Assembly (NCBI GenBank): GCA_044892505.1
Contig: CM097883.1
Location: 419,368,001-419,432,000, forward strand
Source: Schmidtea nova
Taxonomy: Eukaryota
Length of the DNA stretch: 64,000 nt
Direction of reading: 5' to 3'
Part shown: positions 26,807-38,844 of the stretch, piece by piece
Layout of the letters: each line of letters begins with the position of its first letter
Position numbering within the stretch: position 1 is the first letter of the stretch
The notes under the pieces: generated by a model
What the model was told of the DNA's origin: nothing
The model's database searches: none
What the model saw: the letters and a program-made list of their open reading frames with translations, nothing else
Program-made: the position numbers and the translations under genes

Positions 26807-26810
<4 letters not shown>
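25230..26810 (+). mobile_element. Internally deleted hAT transposon, copy 2 (near-identical to copy 1)
   Basis: Same TIRs, inserted in (TA)n with tatatata on both sides. 1581 bp versus 1578 bp. A GAA>TAA nonsense change near 26306 splits the ORF. Confidence 0.95.
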
Positions 26811-26891
<81 letters not shown>

Positions 26892-27821
26892 ATATTGATG
26901 ATACATAAATAAAAGAATTGAATAACATCATAAATAAATAAAATAATATAAAAAAAAATAAAAAAAAAATAAAATAATAAAGACTTTTGACATTCTGCAA
27001 AAAATAAAAATATTACTTGTTCTTATGTTTGGAACGATGTGAACAGCTGGCTTAATTATTATTGCATCATAATTGCAAAATTTATTACTATTCCAAGTCA
27101 ATTACTATTACCACACTACTCGTTTTTTATTAATAAAATATGAAATTTTTTTAACAAATTGTATAAAAATGAATATTGTCGTAATTGTTTGTTTTATTTT
27201 TATGAAAATTTTGCTACAATTGAAATTTAATACCTCTGAAAAGACCGCTCACTAAATATTGTTTTGTAAATAAACAGCTCACGTCTCCTATTTTTCCACG
27301 CAGCTATTCAAAAAATTACAGGGAACGTTGGCTTTGGATATTGAATATTCAAAACTGTATGAAAAGTGTTATGTATCCTAAAAAACGTTTAATTTAATGA
27401 CAATGAAATGGCATAATAAAAACAATTGGTAGTATTCATTTGAAATATATTTTATGTAATATTTACTTTTCAAGGGAAGAATATGGAGCATTGACATTTG
27501 CTTATCCATGTTATATATTAACGCATAAATAACGGCACGTAATTTGATTTGCTTTAATTATTTTTCCATTAGCTTAATCAAATATTTTAATTCTAACAGT
27601 GTGGTTTCGACCGCTTTTGTGTCAGTTAGGAGTCACTCATGTCTACGTGTCACGTTATAATTGTAATTTTTCAGTAGTAGAAAATTTTGTAAAAATAATT
27701 TATTATTGAATGAAGAGGTTAATAAAAAATTGAATATCCTATATTTGAGGATTGTGGTAGATAATGAATTATTGTTATTATATTATTTTTGTTTAATTAA
27801 ATTTTATTTATTTATATTTAG

Positions 27822-29509
27822 AGCATAATCGATAATCAGGTGGTTATCATTCACGGTGAAACCGGATCTGGTAAAACTACTCAAATCCCAAAGTATATAT
27901 ATGAGCTTGAACTTCATGGTAATGCAATGATCGGCATTACACAACCGAGACGAATAGCGGCTATAAATATGGCAAAGCGAGTCGCAGAAGAAACGCATTG
28001 TGCGATTGGTAAAGAAATTGGTTATGAAATACGTTTTGATAATTCATCCGGTGCATCAACAAAAGTTAAATACATGACAGATGGGATTCTTCTTAACCAA
28101 TGCATTACGGATCCGAATTTGAAAGATTATAGAATTATCATGATTGATGAAGCTCACGAAAGAGCTTTGCGATCAGATGTGTTACTTGGTCTGCTGAAGA
28201 GCATTGTATCTCGAAATAGCAACTTGAAAGTTATTGTGGCGTCTGCTACAATGGACACCAATAAATTCTCGCGATATTTTTATGATGCCCCAATAATTTA
28301 CATTACCGGAAAGCTATTTCCAGTGGAAATTATTTACGAACCTTTAGAAGGCGAAAGTTATATTAATGCGTCTGTGAGAAAAGTTCTGGAAATTCACAAA
28401 ACCCCGGAAAAGGGTGATATCCTTGTATTTCTAACGTGTCAAGATGAAATCGAACAATGCGTTGACATGCTTGGTGGAATAACTGACCTGTTAGTTTTAC
28501 CATTGTTTTCAGCACTCGAGTATGATGAGCAAGAAAAGGTGTTTCAGCAAGTAAAAGATAATGAACGAAAGGCCATAATTTCTACAAATATAGCAGAAAC
28601 AAGTTTGACAATTGACGGGGTACGATTTATAATTGATTGTGGTTACGTTAGACAAAGTAATTTTAATGCAAGACTGGGTATCGACATCTGGGAAGATGTG
28701 AGAATTTCGAAAGCTCAAGCAAACCAAAGAAAAGGAAGAGCCGGGCGTACATCAAACGGATGGTGTTACAGACTGTATGGAGAATACGAATACAATAGAT
28801 TTTTAGATCAAGAAAAACCGGAAATGCAAAGAAAGAATTTATCCGAAATCTTTTTAAAGGTAGTCGCATTTGGATTGAATCCTAAAACATTTGATTTCAT
28901 TGATCCTCCGAATAGTGAAGCCTTGTCTAAAAGTGAAAAAGAACTTAAAGAATTAAAATTTTTAGACAAATTTGGTGAGTTAACTGAAGAAGGAAAATTA
29001 ATGGAAAATTTTCCAGTTGAACCAGTAATTGGTAAAATTATTTTGTCCTCCATAACAAATAATTGTACAGGTGACATGATTATAATTTTATCTATGCTGA
29101 CAGAGAGGAACATATTTTTTTCGTCAAAGAGACGAGACAGATTTAGTAATGACGCCAGACTTGCATTTTTCGACGATGACGGAGATCCTTTTACGCTGCT
29201 TAAAGTTTATAAGGAATGGCTAAAAAATGACAAATCCGAAAAATGGTGTAAATCTAATTTGATTGATTACAAAAAGATGGAGAAAGTTTTTCTTGTACAG
29301 GAACAATTAGTTTTAATTTTAAAGAGGCAAAGCCATTACACTGAACCAAATTCTCAAATAAGTAAAACGGCAATTAAAAAGTCTATGTTCGCCGGATATT
29401 ATAAAAATGTATGCCAACGAAAACGTGGATTTTCCTATTCAAGATGTTTTGACGAAGAAATTCTTTTTATTCACCCAAGTAGCTGCCTTTTTAATAAAAA
29501 TCCGGAATA
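27822..29509 (+). CDS. DHX8-like: DEAH helicase paralog B, exon 2 of 3
   Basis: Acceptor tttag|AGC. Motifs GETGSGKTT, TQPRRIAA, KYMTDG, DEAH, SAT, STNIAETSLT, QRKGRAGR, HPSSCLF. Donor GAA TA|gtgagt. Length 1688 nt. Confidence 0.95.
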
Positions 29510-29678
29510 GTGAGTATATATTTATTATAATTTCCGCAGGTTTTATTAGTTGACTAGCCCCGTAACCAGTCATAAATGGCGAAAGTAAAAAAAAGTTTTT
29601 TTTCGAATTTAAAACTTTCGAATCAGAAATAAAAACATAATCTTAATTACTATTAAAAAACTATAAATTGATACACAC

Positions 29679-29807
29679 NNNNNNNNNNNNNNNNNNNNNN
29701 NNNNNNNNNNNNNNNNNNNNNNNNNNNNNNNNNNNNNNNNNNNNNNNNNNNNNNNNNNNNNNNNNNNNNNNNNNNNNNNNNNNNNNNNNNNNNNNNNNNN
29801 NNNNNNN
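29679..29807. other. Assembly gap
   Basis: Run of N. Confidence 1.
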
Positions 29808-30262
29808 GGGGTTAGACGAAAAATGTTCTAACAATGACTAGGGATCCCTCATCCATGATCATACATAAAATTGCAATTTCACACTCAAGCGCCCTTGATT
29901 ACTTCCCTAGATAATCAAGTTGGTGATGCGCAGGGTGGTTAAACAATGATGGGCAGGTGAGCACTATCACTAGTTCTACTCCCCATTTATGTTTACGGGT
30001 TCATTGCTGCCGTTAGAAGGGCTTACGCTTTAATCATCTGCTGTGTAATTCACGATAAACTTTCGGAAAATTTGTCGTTGACATCACTTATTTTTGCATG
30101 AAGTTTTCTAACATAGTACTCATTTAATTCTTTAGTTACCCTTTCTTTATATATTTTGTATTATAATTTTATATTTCCTTTATTTCAGGTACATTATTAT
30201 TTATTCTATTAACTAAACTAATTTAGGTAAACAACAACAATGACGCTAACACGAGAATTCAT

Positions 30263-30859
30263 TTATTTTTCAATTAAATCGGTAAAAACTCCGGCTGGGG
30301 GAAATATTTCTTCTAATAGTTCCTCCTCTGTCAATTTGTGCAGGCCGTCAACTTGGTTCTGCAATCGTTGAGCAAACAACTTTCTTTGCCGTCGCCTTTT
30401 CTGCCCTATGCGCTTGCGTTTCTGGTGCGCATTGGCAGTCGGGGTGGCCTGATTTATTGATGTAACTGGCTTGTTACTAATTCCAATGAGATCGTCGACG
30501 TCCGTGCTGATCGAGTTTACGCTCTTCTTTTCCGCCGTCCATTCCTGATATGTGACCGGTCGGATTTGATCTCGCAGCTCCCTTTCGATATAAGAGGCTG
30601 TCACGGAATGGAGGCACTTCCGAAGCTCGATTTTGGTAGCTTCCCATTCCGTTTTATAGTCTGCTGCTGTTCTCTGGGCACGCTCGGTTTTCCCAATTTG
30701 CTCCTTCATTCGAGCCGGAGCGAACCAGCTTTTGCGCAAATAGGTGACTTGCGCCTCGGCTTTGGATAGTTGTTCCTTGAGGAGACCCAATTCCTTGTCC
30801 TGGGCTCTCCGGATTCTCCACATCTTTTCAAGCTCTCTTTGTGTAATATCCGTATTCAT
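30263..30859 (-). CDS. ORF-B of LTR element copy B: 198-aa coiled-coil protein with an Arg/Lys-rich motif
   Basis: Intact ATG-to-stop ORF. WFAPARMKEQ..TERAQR and EWEATKI are conserved with copy A (WFTPARMKDQ..TERAQR, EFEATKI). Confidence 0.65.
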   Translation of the reverse strand: MNTDITQRELEKMWRIRRAQDKELGLLKEQLSKAEAQVTYLRKSWFAPARMKEQIGKTERAQRTAADYKTEWEATKIELRKCLHSVTASYIERELRDQIRPVTYQEWTAEKKSVNSISTDVDDLIGISNKPVTSINQATPTANAHQKRKRIGQKRRRQRKLFAQRLQNQVDGLHKLTEEELLEEIFPPAGVFTDLIEK

Positions 30860-31031
30860 TCTATAATGGATTTAAATTAAATGATCTGCCGCTGTTAAAA
30901 CATGTTATATTTTCAGTACAAGTCAATTATTATTACGTCAAGAACATGATAAACTTAACAACATAAAAATTAGAACAAAGACCACTGATTAATACTAGGA
31001 TTTTATTTATGAAATATCACTGTCACAGAGT

Positions 31032-31500
31032 TTATCGCCGAAATAGGCTATGTAGTTCGTGGTTGATTGGCATCTGTCGAAGTCGAGCCCACGAAAACGG
31101 AGGTTGTCCCTCCTGGCATTCCTTGCCAAACGGTTTCCGCGGTAAGAACGCTTGCAGTCCTAATTTACATAACTCTCGGCGAGGGATGTGTCCCCAATAA
31201 ATTATCCGACTCGGTCGTCCTTCTTACGCCGTTTACCATCTGCCCAAATTTCGGTGGATAAGGCCTTTGCGAAATTGGCCAATTCGGTCCTCCCGGGTAG
31301 AATACTCGATCCTTTCCTCCAGCCCAGATAGAAAACGGGCATTTTCGATTGAATCCGCGTCGCCACTTATATGCCTGGGCGTTGATGGTCCGCAGAATTG
31401 GCTGGGGCAACTCCTTGAGTTGATTTGCCCATCCATTCGCCCTGTCCTCCTTTCCTGAGTTCCGGATCCGCATTAACTTTTCGTCCAACGATGTCGGCAT
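31032..31500 (-). pseudogene. ORF-A of LTR element copy B (frameshifted), unknown function
   Basis: TINAQAYKWRRGFNRKCPFSIW...YPGG, then in another frame KRRK and WGHIP. Copy A has TINAQMFKWRRAFNSKFPFSVW..YRGG, KRRK and WGYIP. Confidence 0.65.
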
Positions 31501-32250
31501 CTGTCATTTTATTTAATAAAAATTTGAACATAAATTCTATTTAATCTCAATTCTTTTAGTTAATATAATTTCATTATTAAATCATCGCCGCGATATACCA
31601 CGGTCGGATAAGATACTTGTTTTCCCTGCGCCATGTACGACGATCAGGATAAGATTAAGTTGAATTACCGCGCTATGTACAGCGATCGGCACAAAAGTAT
31701 TTTTAGAATTTACAAATTTTCAGTTTTATTAGATTGGAATTTACTAGTCTCTGTCACGCAGTTGCGATATCCTGTACCTTGACCTCAATTGAAAATCACC
31801 ATTTCGATCGATTTACTTGAAAAAATTTCATAAACTTGTAATGCTACACCTGCTCTCCCGTACTCAAATTTAACCCTAGTGTGTCGACACATTTGTCTCG
31901 GGTACTTAATATCTATCGGGTACCTTACCCCTCCTGGCATCTAATTAGACCTTCCCTGTCGCATGCTACGATACGCCCCCTGTACAACCGAATGATGACT
32001 TTTTAATTATCGCCAGAAAACCGTCTGGACTTAGTCGCATTATTGATATTTCGTGACTTAAAATTTTCTCGACTAAATACTAATAGTTTAGCATGGAATA
32101 AGCATGGAATTAATTTCCCATCAAAATTCTTTACTCTCGCTGATAAATGTCTGGGTTAAATTCGAATTTTTAACCTCTCATGATTTAATTCAATTAGTTC
32201 AAACCACCAAATTTAAAAAATAAAAAGAAAATAAAAAGGTTGAACCGCCA

Positions 32251-32776
32251 TGTGAGACCGTGAAGCCCCACAACGACGACTCGGACTCCCTCGCCGCGTG
32301 AGCAGCCTAGGAAGTATAACTATATGCATGATAAATAATGATAAAATAATTAAATGTAAAAATAAATTTTAATAAATGAAATCATGGTACATAAACAAAT
32401 TACATAATTAAAAATCAAACAAACATTACTTCGTAGTTATCTTCCGGTGCGAGAATCAGATTTCCAAATGTGTTCTTAAGTCACAGAAAAAGTGTTCTTA
32501 GAATCAAAGTTTAGTCTTGATAATAAAAATGGTGGGTTTTGTGTAAGTTAAAAAACAGTTAAGTTGTGATTTTTGGATCGGTATTTATACTGATCTGTCT
32601 GGTCGGATTGACCAATCAGGATCAGACCGTCCTTCAAAGTATTTTTATTATTTTATTTAAACCTAAACATTATTTTGTTTCCTTTTCCGGTTTCTCGCTG
32701 GGTGGTCCTGATTTTTCGAGTAATTAATTAATTATTTGTACTATTACTTTATTTAATTCTATCTTTTCTTATTTCA
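32251..32776 (-). mobile_element. 526-bp LTR (copy B) flanked by PPT and PBS-like sites
   Basis: Minus strand reads AAAAGGGGGCC|TGAAAT...TCACA|TGGCGGTTCAACC. TATA box at 32589-32582. Homologous to 14618-15107 (ctgatcctgatt.gtcaa.cc.accag block). Confidence 0.75.
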
Positions 32777-33005
32777 GGCCCCCTTTTGCTGTTGTTACCG
32801 GTTTATTTTCGAAATTTCCTTTTACTGGAAACTTATCAAATATTATTTGTTATTTTTATGTTTTTTTTTTATTTTTATTATTTCCTTATTATTTTATACT
32901 TTCGTTCTATTATTGTGATTTTAGGTGATTTGGCGGGCCCAACAATATATATATATATATATATATTGAAAAAAACATTTGTCGGATGATTTATTTGTTT
33001 TAAAC

Positions 33006-33201
33006 AAAAAAAAGCTTGTAATTTTTTGTGATACCCAGGAGACGCGAAAATTTCTCTCCGCGCCAGGTAAATCATTGACTTACCTGGCGCGGAGAGAAAT
33101 TTTCGCGTCTCTTGCATAGCACTGATGAGAGCTAAAAGCTCGAAACTAGTCTGCTATTGGGGATTTGGATTGGATATCACAAAAAATCACAAGCTTTTTT
33201 T

Positions 33202-33202
<1 letters not shown>
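33006..33202 (+). mobile_element. Penelope-like pseudo-LTR cassette: nested inverted repeats around a hammerhead
   Basis: Outer IR 33006-33036 / 33172-33202 (2 mismatches). Inner perfect 32-bp IR 33039-33070 / 33080-33111. Confidence 0.65.
33116..33157 (+). ncRNA. Minimal type I hammerhead ribozyme (HHR1)
   Basis: AUAGCA-CUGAUGA-GAGC(uaaaa)GCUC-GAAA-C(UA)G-UC-UGCUAU. Complete core, 6-bp stem I, 4-bp stem II, palindromic stem III (ACUAGU), GUC site at 33149-33151. Confidence 0.85.

Positions 33203-33204
<2 letters not shown>

Positions 33205-33272
<68 letters not shown>
33205..33272. repeat. (TA)n microsatellite
   Basis: Perfect TA run. Confidence 0.95.
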
Positions 33273-33274
<2 letters not shown>

Positions 33275-34104
33275 TAATATATAAAACTCTAAATATGATT
33301 GTGGGCTTGTTTACCATCTTTCGCTGTTCATTAAAAGTGATACTATTGATTTTCAAATGCTAATATATTTTTTAAAAAGCTACTTTTCATTTCAAAATGC
33401 TATTATCTATTTTACAGTGTGTTTGTGTACATATCACAGTTTTTCACAAGGCTAATCAAGTTTTTCGAGGATTTTTGTTGTATCAAGTTTTGGGGGCTGT
33501 TTGCCCGGTTCACTCAGTGGTATCTTTATTTGTAAAACTATAAAAAATTTAATTTTTTTCATGATTTTTTCTAAGAAAAAATTACCATAACATTTTATGA
33601 CGGAAGTGGGTTGAGAAGTTGATTATTGACCTCCACTAAATTCAAAATTTCGAGTAAACTACTTGAAGAATCTCAATGTGCTTAGATTCATTTGATTTAA
33701 AAATAAATGTCCTATCTTTTGGTCCAAAAAAACTTTTTAAAAATATTGATATTTAAATACTCTGTTTTTCCCATTAACTGCAACAGCGTATCAAGTTAAT
33801 TTGATAACACAAGTTGGAAATCAAGTGCTCTTTCTGACAATGTAAAAATTTTGTTAAAAAGAATTGATTTTTTATTTTACATTCACTGCACTTCAACATT
33901 TTCCTAAGTGCTTGAAATTATTTTTAAGAAAAACTATTCTCTTCAAGATGGTATATAAATTTTTGTTAGAATATTGATTTTAATTTTTAGCACTCTGTTC
34001 ATTTCAACTTTTTTATAAAAGCTTGCAATTATTTTCAAGAGATTTATAACTCATTCGATTTACAATTTAATTCTCTACGAGATTCTGTTTAAACTTTTGT
34101 TATA

Positions 34105-35187
34105 CACCGGGTTTCACTATATATGGCGACCTATAATAATCAAATAGCTTATAATATAGAAAAATACACACCTACCTGTACCTAATTCATTGCTGTTTTA
34201 CTGAAAATAGCCATTTATTATGTCGTAGACAGAGTAAGAAAAAAAATAATCACACACAAACACAAAACATAGAAAAAAACAGATGTTAACTTTCAGGTGC
34301 GTTTTTTGTTTTATTCAATCTGGCTACCATATATAATTTTAATCAACAGAAAAATTGAAAATTAAAATGAAGAATAAAATTTCAATAATTGGATCTGATG
34401 AATCTACATTGAGTTTCCGCGAAAAAGATGAAATATCATAGTAAGTAATGTAAATTAAGTCTTAACATTTTTATACTTTCCCAGAATTTCTGAAAATTCA
34501 CTGGAAACAATGCCATTTTTTGAAGATGAAGTTGGAAAATGGTATCATTTTTTATTTATTAAAATATTTATTATGGTCTTAGCTTTTTAGATATTCTATG
34601 TACGCCGAACAACTGCATTTCATCAGATATCCGAAAAAATGTTCGAAAATCTTAAGATGAAATAATATAATTATCACAATCAAATGGCTTCTCCACGATG
34701 TCTTTCCAATACAGATTTTATTTGGTGAAAAATGCTCTTGAGGAGGAATTAAATAAAGATGACTATAAAGATTTAGAAAATTTTTTCATTTATATTCTCA
34801 GATTTTTTCAAAATGTTTTCAAAAAATTGAAATCTTTTTGAGATAATGTATTTAATATATAAATTTGAGTTTAAAATGAATTTTTACTTACCTTTGATGT
34901 GAATAATTCCAAAAAAATCATAAAAATTTACTAAAAGTATTTAGAAATTAAATAAAATTTAAATTGTTGATAATAGACAACCTTTTAAAGCTTTTAAAAT
35001 GATCTTATGTCGTTATGACATCAAAATAATAAACTTCATAGTTATCATAATAATAAAAATTACCTGAAAGCCATTTTAAAATGGCTAAGGCAAAAAAAAT
35101 TTTAAAAATGATTTATAATGATTAATAACCCGTGACTTATCTCACTCATGTGCATTATAGGTGAGCCACATTCAGTGAAACACGGTG
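34105..35187 (+). mobile_element. Tc1/mariner-type non-autonomous element with intron-containing cargo relic, copy 1
   Basis: TA|caccgggtttcact..atggcgacctataat and reverse-complement TA|caccgtgtttcact..gtggctcacctataat TIRs, with TA TSD. Confidence 0.75.
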
Positions 35188-36077
35188 TAATAATGATTTT
35201 GAATTTTAGCACACTGTGCACTTAAACTTTTTTAATGGTGCTCAAATAATATTTTAACATTTTATTATATCAAGCTTCTTGAAAAATTATTCTCTATAAT
35301 ATGGTATTTTAATTTATAATATTGATTTTTTTACACTACTGTTACACAACTGTTAGATACAGGGAAAATGGTAGAAGTATTTGAGTTTGATGAAAATTAT
35401 AGTATAGGGATGAATAGATACAGGTTGAACATATATATTCAAATCTTAAAGATTATATTCTATGTGTTAGATGTCAAAATAAAAATGACTTATCCGACAT
35501 AATTTTAACGATCCCATACGTGTACCAAGATACGATACAAATGCAAAAGAATTAGAAAAATTATGTCAATAAACCAAACATTACCTTTTTAGCAATTATT
35601 GAGAATTTGAATTTCGCTTTGCTCTTGAGTCATTATTGATACCTAATATCTACTTAAAAGGTTTCTTTAAAAATCTACAAAACATTGAAAAATTCTCTTC
35701 TGAAACACAAACTAAGTACTGATGATGAAATAATAATAGGAAAAATATTATCACGAATATCAAATGCATTAATTTAAACAAAAAATATATATTAATAAAT
35801 AATAGCATTAAAGATAACTCATAAGAAAATTCAGATTACTAGTGATGTATTGGTATCAACCTGATTTAAATTATCACATTTTTAACATTAAGGATGCTGG
35901 GGAAAGAGATGACTCTAAACATAGTAATTGTTGCTTTGGACTTTTAAAAATAGAAAAATTGTTGATTGAAAACAAATATTATTGACAAACGAAGAGTGTT
36001 ACTACTTAAGACAAAATTTACACATCCTAGGTCGGGAGACTGCATTCACTTACATAACAATTACAAACACGAGTACA

Positions 36078-36490
36078 CCTAATTCTGTTTTTACACGATA
36101 GATACGTTCCTAAAAATTCGTGTAAAAAAAGATATTGGCTGAATGGAAAAATAGTAGATTGGTTCCATACCTAAAAAAGCAACAAAAATATAATAATAAA
36201 TATAAAAAGTCCTTGTTAGAGTTCACAAAAGAATTTATTTTTCGTGCTTACACATTTTAATTCATTAAATATATTATATAAAAAATAATCTAATTGAATT
36301 CTGAAGAATATAATACGAAGTTAAAATGTATGTTTAGATAATTTGTGAAAAATAAAAATAAAAAAAATTAATAGAACATCAAAAAAAATTCAAAGAATAT
36401 TGAAAATCGTGTTAAAACAAAACAATTCGTGTAAAAAGAGAAAAAAAAATCTTTTTAATTCGTGTTAAATCAAATTCGTGTAAAAACAAT
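36078..36490. mobile_element. pogo/Tigger-like MITE, partial (runs into gap)
   Basis: Starts ta|cacctaattctg..ttttacacga, with repeated cgtgtaaaa / cgtgttaaa subterminal motifs. Confidence 0.45.
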
Positions 36491-36660
36491 NNNNNNNNNN
36501 NNNNNNNNNNNNNNNNNNNNNNNNNNNNNNNNNNNNNNNNNNNNNNNNNNNNNNNNNNNNNNNNNNNNNNNNNNNNNNNNNNNNNNNNNNNNNNNNNNNN
36601 NNNNNNNNNNNNNNNNNNNNNNNNNNNNNNNNNNNNNNNNNNNNNNNNNNNNNNNNNNNN
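36491..36660. other. Assembly gap
   Basis: Run of N. Confidence 1.
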
Positions 36661-36969
36661 CTTTTATTATAAGGTAATTTTCATTAACTTGAGAAATATT
36701 TGTGATAAATCAATAAAACTTAGTAAACAGACTTTGTGTTTTTATTTATATACGAACCATTAAGTTGAGATTCTCGGAACCTCAACACTACATTTCAAGT
36801 TTTCTTCAAGTGTTGGATATTATTTTCTTTATATATTATCTGAAAAATGGTAACAATTTAATCATTGAAATCTATGGGGAGAACACGATTCGCTACCCAG
36901 TTGAGCTTTTGTATACCATTAACTTAAATTACTCGTGATTTTGTTTCAAACAAGGAGCTTCAATAGTAC

Positions 36970-38160
36970 TGGAAAATGCCAGCTGCAGGAATGAGAAAAA
37001 GTAAATTATCATGAGTTCCGGAGAACGACGAACTATAAAAAAGGAAAGACATCAATTTTATAATAGAAGTTTTGTGGCAAGAAATTGTGGGAGAAACTTA
37101 TTGAAAGAAAGTTATTGAGAAATTTTTTGAGAAACGTATCGAGAGAAATTTATTGAGAAAGGAAATCAGAATTAAAATTCCCCCGCGAATAAATTAAAAA
37201 TTAAAATTGCACATTTTCGTCCGAAAAAGCATCATAATATGAATTTTACTTAGACTAACAATGTATACTTACTTTATAATAAAAATTTACAAAATTTACA
37301 ACTTTATGAAATGAAGAAAGATAAATAAATTCAAAAAATTTAATAATACCTATTTATTAAATTAATAACCTTTTCAAATCGTTTTTTACATTTATTATCC
37401 CACCACATAAACATTGCTAGGTATTCTTCCATTAAATTTCCGTCAATGCCTTTTATTTTTTTGGTGATATTTTATTTTGCCCAATACGATTCAATAAACT
37501 GTGTATGTATTCCTGTTCTTGGATCCACAAAATTTAAAGTATGGTTAACTTTGTGATGCTCCAAACCAAGCAATTCTAAACAACACCTTCACCGCTCAAA
37601 ACAATCGGATTTTCATCATAGTACTGCATACAAAGTTTTCGAAGAAACGAGTAAAGTTTCATTAAAGAGTGTTTTTCCACAGTCGAGCTAAGTTTAAAAA
37701 ATCGACTGCTTGAATTTCCTGCGAAAACTTCAAAAAAATCAACCAAATTTTAAAATTGATCAGAATTAAAATTTACCCTGGGGAAAAACTTCAAAAAAAT
37801 CAACCAAATTTTAAAATTGATCAGAATTAAAATTTCCCCTGGGGAAAATTTTTATTCTAATCCGAGAAAGATTTGTTGAGTCGAATTTCAAGTCAAAGCA
37901 AAGAAAGCAATTACTTGAATTGTTGAATTGAAATCAGTAGCTAGTGGTTGTTAGATGGATATTATACACGAATACTATTATTCACAAGTGTCGCAATAAG
38001 CAATGTATAATTGTCTGATATTGTTGATTGATTCTACCAGTTTAATTGTGAAATCAGTTGTGATATCAATAAATATTCCTGTGTAATTGTTATTCTATTG
38101 ATTAATAAAACTTGCATTTGGAGTAAAAAATTTGATTAGTAACTTTACAATTTCACCAAC
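36970..38160 (+). repeat. LTR-like repeat family 'B', copy interrupted by a Merlin element
   Basis: Colinear with 19430-19902 on both sides of 37161-37863. Confidence 0.75.
37161..37863 (-). mobile_element. Merlin (IS1595-like) transposon relic
   Basis: Minus strand reads LEHHKVNHTLNFVDPRTGIHTQFIESYWAK and YLAMFMWW. TIR-like ends ggaaatcagaattaaaattcccc / ggggaaaatttttattctaatcc. Contains a 2x ~60 bp tandem at 37725-37850. Confidence 0.8.
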
Positions 38161-38844
38161 CACATAATAACCCAACATTATTAATAATATGCTAATTATA
38201 AATAATGTGAAAAATGAAACTTAGTAATTTATTAAAACATTAATTAATTAGAAAATTATAACAGTAAACGGCTACTATATATATTTTAACATAAAAACGA
38301 AATTTAGTTGTTTTTCTGAACTTTCCAGCTGAATCTTTATTTCGTTTCGTTTTACTTGTTAGCTGTTCTCGGAGTTGTATAGAAAGCAGTCAGCCTCGCA
38401 AATATATGACTCTATATTCTTGCCTTCTTCAAGAGTTATTTCAAATCAATAGCTTTATTTAGAGTTCAGAAAATCTACTTTTCGAGCATAATAAAATAAT
38501 CTTGATTTTAAAATTTTATCAAAATCTTTAGCAACTACTGAGGAAGAGTCGTTTGTGAAGCAATGATAATATTTTTTTAATTCTTAAATCAATGTTCCAA
38601 ATGCCGTCACCAGAAGTTTTTAAAGCTTGTGATTAATTGGTTGTTGTGGTTTTTATTTTGATTGGTTAATTTTAAACACAACTACATAATAATTATTTAT
38701 TATGCGCATGGTTAGCTAAATAATACAATTAATCTATTGAAATATATTGTAAAATTTATTTATCAATGGTTTTTTTTTCATATTTTTATCGTTATTATAA
38801 TTTATTTGTTATTATTTCGCAACTCAAATTAATGCTGTAATTAA

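Noticed and set aside
36462-36677. 71-aa ORF of X residues
   Set aside because: Spans an assembly gap.
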